Assembly: GCA_027021705.1 (NCBI GenBank)
Contig: JALUTT010000044.1
Location: 1 to 13,938, forward strand
DNA length: 13,938 nt
Origin: Anaerolineae bacterium
GTDB lineage: Bacteria; Chloroflexota; Anaerolineae; S140-20
Direction: 5' to 3'
Of this stretch, positions 8,557 to 13,938 are shown piece by piece. The notes beneath the pieces are model-generated. The model saw only the letters and a list, made by a program, of their open reading frames with translations, did no database searches and had not been told where the DNA came from. Within the stretch, counting starts at the first letter, position 1. Every line of letters starts with the position of its first letter. The position numbers and the translations under genes are program-made.

Positions 8557-8632
8557 CTGAGGGCTTGGTTGGCGGACGGACGAGCTGCCAACGGATTGGG
8601 GAACGGATTGAACGGATGGGGGACGACGGCTC

Positions 8633-8694
8633 AGGGGCGAAAAATCTTTCGCCCCTACCCTCGCCCCTGCTTTCGCCCCTACCTTCGCCCCTGC
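8633..8694. repeat. REP hairpin upstream of the RAYT with tandem amplification of its right arm
   Basis: AGGGGCGAAA-aatc-TTTCGCCCCT at 8633-8656. The 12-bp unit YYTCGCCCCTRC occurs four times, at 8647, 8659, 8671 and 8683. Confidence 0.9.
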
Positions 8695-8722
8695 GGGAAG
8701 AGGTCAAGAAGGCCATACGGCA

Positions 8723-8787
8723 GGACCGATTGTCGTAGGGACCCGGGCGGACCGATTGTTGTAGGGGGCCCGGCACCGTTGCGCCCC
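8723..8787. repeat. 26-bp-period direct repeat containing GTAGGG, ending in a degenerate second REP-like hairpin
   Basis: GGACCGATTGTYGTAGGG at 8723-8740 and 8749-8766. GTAGGGGGC...GCGCCCC spans 8761-8787. Confidence 0.7.
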
Positions 8788-8801
8788 AGGAGGGAGAACC
8801 G

Positions 8802-9614
8802 ATGTCATCCAAGCGCACCTATCGCCGCCGTTCCATTCGTCTGCGAGGGTACGATTATGCCCAACCCGGTGCCTATTTCGTCACCATCTGCACCTATCGG
8901 CGGCAACCGCTGTTCGGTGAGGTGGTGGATGGGGAGATGCGGTTGAACGCGGCCGGCCGGGTTGCACGGCGATGTTGGCTGGAAATCCCGCAGCATTTCC
9001 CCCATGTGCAATTGGACGAATTTGTGATTATGCCGAACCACGTACACGGAATTTTGGTGATCGTGGAACACCCCTATCCCGATGCCGTGGACCCGGACGT
9101 GGGGGCGAAAAATGTGGGGGCGAAAAATGTTTCGCCCCTACACAGCCCCGATGTCGTGGACCCGGACGTAGGGGCGAAAAATCTTTCGCCCCTACCTTCG
9201 CCCCTACACCCCTCGCAACCGTCCAAAATGCCCCGTTCGCCATCGCGGACCATCGGTTCGGTCGTGCGCGGGTTCAAAATCGGCGTCACCAAGTGGTTCC
9301 GCCAAAACACGGACATCTACAACGTCTGGCAACGCAACTACTACGAACACATCATCCGCAACGAACGGGCCTTGAACAATATCCGGCGATACATCCGCGA
9401 TAACCCGCTCCGCTGGTTCCTGGACCGGTACAATCCCGACGCCGTTGGAGAGGACCCTTTGGCCCGTGACATTTGGTTGCTCCTCCGCGACCCTAAACCA
9501 AGCCAGCGAAAGTACGAGAGCCCGATTTCGAGTTGCGAGACGACCTCTTCCTCGTCCGGTTGTGGGGACGCCCGGAAGAGGGTTGAGAAGACCATCGGAG
9601 AGGGAGAACGATGA
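8802..9614 (+). CDS. REP-associated tyrosine transposase (RAYT/TnpA-REP-like, IS200/IS605 Y1 HUH superfamily)
   Basis: RRSIRLRGYDY..PGAYFVTICT N-terminus, HUH motif MPNHVHGI, WQRNYYEHIIR and catalytic-Tyr helix YIRDNP. Associated GTAG hairpins; RBS GGAGG at 8789-8793. Confidence 0.92.
   Translation: MSSKRTYRRRSIRLRGYDYAQPGAYFVTICTYRRQPLFGEVVDGEMRLNAAGRVARRCWLEIPQHFPHVQLDEFVIMPNHVHGILVIVEHPYPDAVDPDVGAKNVGAKNVSPLHSPDVVDPDVGAKNLSPLPSPLHPSQPSKMPRSPSRTIGSVVRGFKIGVTKWFRQNTDIYNVWQRNYYEHIIRNERALNNIRRYIRDNPLRWFLDRYNPDAVGEDPLARDIWLLLRDPKPSQRKYESPISSCETTSSSSGCGDARKRVEKTIGEGER
9078..9207. repeat. Two intragenic REP hairpins in a 69-bp-period duplication inside the RAYT gene
   Basis: Perfect GTAGGGGCGAAA-aatc-TTTCGCCCCTAC at 9168-9195 and near-perfect GTGGGGGCGAAA-aatg-TTTCGCCCCTAC at 9114-9141. 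Extra left arm at 9099-9113 and extra right arm at 9196-9207. Confidence 0.93.
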
Positions 9615-10408
9615 CCCAACCACCCCTTCGCATCGCCCTAGCCCAGTTCGACGTGCGGGTGGGAGAGCCGGAGGCTAACCTGGCGACCGCCCGCCGGATG
9701 GTGGCGGAGGCGGCCCGACAGGGGGCCAAGTTGGTGCTCCTGCCGGAGCTGTGGGGGAGCGGCTACGACCTGCCCCACGCGGCCCGCTACGCCACCCCGA
9801 CCGACGCCGGCCTCTTCGCCGAGATGACCGCCCTGGCCCGCGAGCACGACCTCTACCTGGCCGGCTCCCTCCTGGAGGCCGCCGACGGACGCTTCTACAA
9901 CACGCTCCTCCTGACCGGCCCCGAAGGCCCCCTGGCCACCTACCGCAAGGTCCACCTCTTCCGCCTGATGGAGGAGGACCACTACCTGGCCCCAGGGGAG
10001 AGCCCGGTCGTGGCTTCGACTCCTTGGGGCGCGACAGGGCTCGCCATCTGCTACGACCTGCGCTTCCCGGAGCTCTTTCGGGGGTACGCCGTGCAGGGGG
10101 CGCGGCTGATCCTGCTGCCCGCCCAGTGGCCGGCCCGCCGGGTAGAGCACTGGCGGACCCTCGTCCGGGCGCGGGCCATCGAGGACCAGTGCTTTGTCGC
10201 CGCCTGCAACCGGGTTGGGCGCGATCCGGGAAGCGACGCCTTCGGAGGCCGCTCCGCCCTGGTGAGCCCGCGGGGAGAGGTGCTGGTGGAGGGCTCTGAG
10301 GACGACGAAGCTCTCCTGATCGCCGAGGCCGACTTGGCGGAAGTCGAGCGCGTCCGGGAGCACATCCCGGTCCTCCAGGACCGCCGGCCTCAGATCTACC
10401 ACAGGTGA
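9611..10408 (+). CDS. Carbon-nitrogen hydrolase (nitrilase superfamily, omega-amidase/Nit-like)
   Basis: Glu-Lys-Cys triad motifs LLPELW, YRKVHLF and ICYDLRFPE, plus RARAIEDQ and the terminal DRRP. Confidence 0.92.
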   Translation: MTQPPLRIALAQFDVRVGEPEANLATARRMVAEAARQGAKLVLLPELWGSGYDLPHAARYATPTDAGLFAEMTALAREHDLYLAGSLLEAADGRFYNTLLLTGPEGPLATYRKVHLFRLMEEDHYLAPGESPVVASTPWGATGLAICYDLRFPELFRGYAVQGARLILLPAQWPARRVEHWRTLVRARAIEDQCFVAACNRVGRDPGSDAFGGRSALVSPRGEVLVEGSEDDEALLIAEADLAEVERVREHIPVLQDRRPQIYHR

Positions 10409-10409
10409 T

Positions 10410-11246
10410 ATGCCAGGAAGTGTGACCACCGGCTACTACCAGGTGCGTGATGGCCGCTGGGAAGCGGTGGCGACGGGCGGGGTGCCCGAGGAAGCCCCCC
10501 TCACCCTCTACGTCAACGCCCAGGAACTGATCACGATGATGGCCACCCCCATCCAACAGGAGTGGCTGGCCCTGGGCTTCCTGGCCAACGAGGGGATCAT
10601 CCGCCGGAAGGAAGAGGTCCGGCTGGTCCAGGTCTGCCCGGCAGGCCACTGCGTGGACGTCTGGCTCAGCTTCACCCCCCGGCTGCCCCGACGGCCCATC
10701 CTGACCTCCGGCTGCGGCGGCGGCGTCACCTTCGACGACCTCTCCCGGCAGGTGAAGCCGGTGACCGCCGACCTCTCGGTGACGCCGGCCCAGATCGCCG
10801 ACCTGATGCGCCGGCTCTACCAGGCCGGACGGCTCTACCGGCAGGTCCAGGGCATCCACACCTCCGCCCTGAGCGACGGGGAGCGGCTGCTGGTGGTGGC
10901 CGAGGACGTGGGGCGGCACAACACGCTGGACAAGGTGCGGGGGGCCTGCCTGATGCAGGGCATCGAGACGGCGGGCCGGGTCCTGCTCTCCACCGGGCGG
11001 ATCAGTAGCGAGATGCTGAACAAGGCGGCCCGGATGGGGGTGCCCGTCGTCGTCTCCCGTACTTCTCCGACCAGCCTGGCCGTCGTCCTGGCCCGGCACT
11101 GGGGCATCACCCTCGTCGGCTACGCCCGGCGGGGCCAGATGCGCATCTACGCCCACCCCCGGCGCATCCTGACCTCCCTCTCCCCATCCACCGATACCCA
11201 CAATTCCACAACGAAGGAGACCAACCCGGATGAATCATCTCCCTGA
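10410..11246 (+). CDS. fdhD: Formate dehydrogenase accessory sulfurtransferase FdhD
   Basis: Motifs EEAPLTLYVN, LALGFLANEG, TSGCGGG, EDVGRHNTLDK, TGRISSEM and TLVGYAR. Confidence 0.93.
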   Translation: MPGSVTTGYYQVRDGRWEAVATGGVPEEAPLTLYVNAQELITMMATPIQQEWLALGFLANEGIIRRKEEVRLVQVCPAGHCVDVWLSFTPRLPRRPILTSGCGGGVTFDDLSRQVKPVTADLSVTPAQIADLMRRLYQAGRLYRQVQGIHTSALSDGERLLVVAEDVGRHNTLDKVRGACLMQGIETAGRVLLSTGRISSEMLNKAARMGVPVVVSRTSPTSLAVVLARHWGITLVGYARRGQMRIYAHPRRILTSLSPSTDTHNSTTKETNPDESSP

Positions 11247-12219
11247 GACCGACTACCTCACCTGGCTGCGCCGTCACATCGGCCCCCGGAAGACCCTCCT
11301 CGTCTACACCTCCGCCTGCATCCAGGACGACCAGGGGAGGCTGCTGCTCCAGCGGCGGGCGGACGTCGAGATATGGGGGCTGCCGGGCGGTATCATGGAG
11401 CCCGGCGAATCGCTGAGCCAATGCCTGGTCCGAGAGGTCCGAGAGGAGACGGGGCTGGAGGTCCGGCCCACCCGCCTCATCGGCCTCTACACCTCCCCCG
11501 ACTTCGACGTCACCTACCCCAACGGCGACCAGGTCCAGCAGGTGACCGCCTGCTTCGCCTGTCGGGTGGTGGGCGGGACACTGACGCCGGACGGACAGGA
11601 GAGCCGGGAGCTGGCCTACCTCCCCCTGGACGACCTCCCTCCCCTGCCCCCCTGGTACGCGGCGATGGTGGACGATCTGAGGGCCGGGCAGGAGGCCGCC
11701 TCCTTCCGTCGGGGACGCCCCCTGGCGGAGGGGATGGACCTCGACGAGACGGGCAAGGTCCACTTCCGGGAGCTGCGGCGCTACGTCGGCTCTACGATGC
11801 TCATTATGCCGGCCGCTGCCGGTTTCCTCCAGGACGAGGCCGGGCGGGTGCTCCTCATCCGCCGGCGCGACGACGGCGAGTGGGCCGTCCCCGGTGGCGC
11901 GATGGAGCTGGGAGAGCGGATTGACCAGACGGTCATCCGGGAGGTCTACGAAGAGACGGGGGTCCGCTTCCAGCCGACCCGGTTGGTGGGCCTCTACAGC
12001 GGCCCCGACCTCCAGTTCGTCTACCCCAACGGCGATGCCGTCCACGTGGTCAGCGCCCTCTTCGCCGGCCGCATCGTGGGCGGCTCCCCCCGCGCCGACG
12101 GCGTCGAGTCCACCGAGGTCCGCTTCTTCGCCCCCGACGAACTGCCCCCGATGCTCTCCCGCCATCGGCGGCGGGTTGAGGACGGGCTGGCGGGGCGAAG
12201 GTGGGCCGTCTTCGACTGA
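11230..12219 (+). CDS. Tandem double-domain Nudix hydrolase
   Basis: Two Nudix boxes, GGIMEPGESLSQCLVREVREETGL and GGAMELGERIDQTVIREVYEETGV, each followed by YPNGD. RBS AAGGAG at 11214-11219. Confidence 0.92.
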   Translation: MNHLPETDYLTWLRRHIGPRKTLLVYTSACIQDDQGRLLLQRRADVEIWGLPGGIMEPGESLSQCLVREVREETGLEVRPTRLIGLYTSPDFDVTYPNGDQVQQVTACFACRVVGGTLTPDGQESRELAYLPLDDLPPLPPWYAAMVDDLRAGQEAASFRRGRPLAEGMDLDETGKVHFRELRRYVGSTMLIMPAAAGFLQDEAGRVLLIRRRDDGEWAVPGGAMELGERIDQTVIREVYEETGVRFQPTRLVGLYSGPDLQFVYPNGDAVHVVSALFAGRIVGGSPRADGVESTEVRFFAPDELPPMLSRHRRRVEDGLAGRRWAVFD

Positions 12220-12238
12220 GCACCTACCGGAGATCATC

Positions 12239-13810
12239 GTGGCCGACTGGATCCTTGCTTTCTTCCCCATCCTCGTCATCCTGGTGTTGATGCTGGGCTT
12301 TCGCTGGGGCGGCGCCCGGGCCGGCCCCGCCGGCTGGCTGGCCGCCCTCTTCATCGCCTACGGGTGGTTCGGTGCCGGCTGGGAACTCCTGGCCTACGCC
12401 CAACTGAAGGCCGCCCTGCTCACCCTCTTCGTCCTCTACATCATCTGGCCGGCCCTCCTCTTCTACCGGGTCGCCGATGAGGCGGGCGTCATCGAGGCCA
12501 TCGGCTCCGCCCTCACCCACCTGACGCGGGACCGGGCCCTGCAGGCCCTGCTGCTGGGCTGGGTCTTCAGCGCCTTCCTGCAGAGCATCGGCGGCTTCGG
12601 CGTCCCGGTCGCCATCGTCGCCCCGCTGCTGGTGGGGCTGGGCTTCCCCCCCCTGGCCGCCGTGGTGATCCCCTCCATCGGCCACTCCTGGGCCGTCACC
12701 TTCGGTTCGCTGGCCTCCTCGTTCTACGCCCTCATCGCCGCCACGGGGCGGAGCGGTGCCGAACTGGCCCCCTGGTCCGCCGTGATGCTGGGGGTGGCCG
12801 CTTACGCCTGTGGGGCCGGCACCCTCTGGGCGGCCGGCGGCTTCCCGGCCCTGCGCCAAGAGGTGGGCGCCCTGCTGGTCATCGGGACGGCGATGGGCGT
12901 CACCCAGTACCTCGTCGTCACCCACGGGCTCTGGTCCATCGGGGGGCTGAGCGCCGGACTGGTCGGGCTGGCCGTCGGCGTCATCTGGGCCTACGTCCAG
13001 CAACAGCGCAGGAACCGGGCCACCAGCGCCACCTCAACCGCCTCCGCCCCGTCCCGCCAGGACGCCAACCCTGCGCTGTCGCCGGCCCTGGCCCTGACCC
13101 CCTACGCTCTCCTCGTCGCCATCGTGATGGCCGCCCAGTTCGTCCCGCCGGTGAGGAGCTTCCTGAACCAGGTCGTCATCCGGGTCTCCTTCCCCGAGCT
13201 GCGCACCGCCCGGGGCTGGGTGACGCCGGCCGGTGTGGGGCGGACCATCCGCCCTTTCGGCCACGCCGGCGCCCTGCTCATCTACGCCTCGGTGCTGACC
13301 TACGGGCTCTTCCGGCGGCGAGGGGCCTATCCGCCGGACATCCTCTCCCGCCTGGCCCACGGCGTCGTCAGCCGGGCGATCCGCTCCAGCCTGGGCATCG
13401 CCGCCATGGTGGGGATGGCAGTGATGATGGACCACGCGGGGATGATCCGGGTGCTGGCCCTGGGCGTGGCCCAGGTGACGGGCAGGGCCTACCCCTTCGC
13501 TGCCCCCTTCATCGGCGTGCTGGGGGCCTTCGTCACCGGCAGCAACACCAACTCCAACGTCCTCTTCGGAGCCCTCCAGCAGGAAGTCGCCGGGCTGATC
13601 CAGGCCAACCCGCTGATCATCCTGGCCGCCCAGACGGCGGGCGGGGCCATCGGGGGGATGTTCGCCCCGGCCAAGGTGATCGTCGGGTGCAGCACCGTGG
13701 GCCTGGGGGGAGACGAAGGCCCCGTGATGAAAAAGGCCAGCCTCTACGGACTGCTCATCACCGCCGGGTTGGGCCTGGTCACCGTCCTGGCCCTGCTGGT
13801 GGCCGGCTGA
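12239..13810 (+). CDS. L-lactate permease (LctP) family transporter (about 523 aa)
   Basis: Polytopic membrane protein with GFGVPVAIVAPLLVGLGF, GAFVTGSNTNSNVLFG and AQTAGGAIGGMFAP. Start set at GTG 12239 with GGAG at 12229-12232; the 11894 ORF start overlaps the Nudix gene. Substrate is uncertain. Confidence 0.85.
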   Translation: MADWILAFFPILVILVLMLGFRWGGARAGPAGWLAALFIAYGWFGAGWELLAYAQLKAALLTLFVLYIIWPALLFYRVADEAGVIEAIGSALTHLTRDRALQALLLGWVFSAFLQSIGGFGVPVAIVAPLLVGLGFPPLAAVVIPSIGHSWAVTFGSLASSFYALIAATGRSGAELAPWSAVMLGVAAYACGAGTLWAAGGFPALRQEVGALLVIGTAMGVTQYLVVTHGLWSIGGLSAGLVGLAVGVIWAYVQQQRRNRATSATSTASAPSRQDANPALSPALALTPYALLVAIVMAAQFVPPVRSFLNQVVIRVSFPELRTARGWVTPAGVGRTIRPFGHAGALLIYASVLTYGLFRRRGAYPPDILSRLAHGVVSRAIRSSLGIAAMVGMAVMMDHAGMIRVLALGVAQVTGRAYPFAAPFIGVLGAFVTGSNTNSNVLFGALQQEVAGLIQANPLIILAAQTAGGAIGGMFAPAKVIVGCSTVGLGGDEGPVMKKASLYGLLITAGLGLVTVLALLVAG

Positions 13811-13904
13811 CGCGAGCGTATCAAGTTGGGGACCTGCAGGTAGCCGAAATGGGCTCTGGGCTTCGTAAAATGGTCGAAAAAGGGGGGGGAGCTTGCCCAT
13901 AATG

Positions 13905-13922
13905 AATTGAGCGTGACCAAAA
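13905..13922. repeat. 18-bp direct repeat copy 2, AATTGAGCGTGACCAAAA
   Basis: Exact match to 8392-8409. Both copies are preceded by GCCCAT 3-4 nt upstream. Confidence 0.9.
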
Positions 13923-13938
13923 CCAGTTGGAAGGTTGT

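Noticed and set aside
8439..8738. 99-aa ORF sharing GAKNLSPLPSPL with the RAYT
   Set aside because: The similarity is just translation of the REP hairpin and its arm repeats; the rest runs through non-coding repeats.
8802..9614. Complete IS200/IS605 element with tnpB
   Set aside because: There is no tnpB/iscB and no distinct right-end hairpin downstream; the motifs and GTAG hairpins fit a RAYT.
13832..13889. Palindrome ACCTGCAGGT and the A5-G8 homopolymer run after the permease
   Set aside because: There is no stem-loop with a U-tract and no evident linked gene within the window, so neither a terminator nor a phase-variation call is supported.
214..13900. Long minus-strand and alternate-frame ORFs (e.g. 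1303..3627, 4607..6250, 5985..7409, 9675..11201)
   Set aside because: These are shadows of well-supported + strand genes, expected from high GC3 codon usage, and carry no recognisable motifs.

Overview
GC-rich bacterial window; a Chloroflexota/Anaerolineae-like origin is my inference from gene style, not a database result. It carries eleven co-oriented + strand genes: argF, a large TPR protein, cdaA-cdaR (c-di-AMP synthesis), der, psuG, a REP-associated HUH/Y1 tyrosine transposase (RAYT), a nitrilase-family hydrolase, fdhD, a tandem double-Nudix hydrolase and an L-lactate permease-family transporter. Most genes are ordinary; the unusual part is the repeat landscape. The RAYT carries GTAG-type REP hairpins both upstream and in frame inside its own coding sequence, with arm duplications anchored at the GTAG/CTAC ends. 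Most long intergenic gaps hold a different short repeat: a 55-bp tandem array, a 14-bp tandem array, a 97-bp element with perfect 16-bp inverted ends and an imperfect 36-bp inverted repeat. An 18-bp exact direct repeat brackets the 5.5-kb RAYT-to-permease block. No rRNA, tRNA or CRISPR array was seen.
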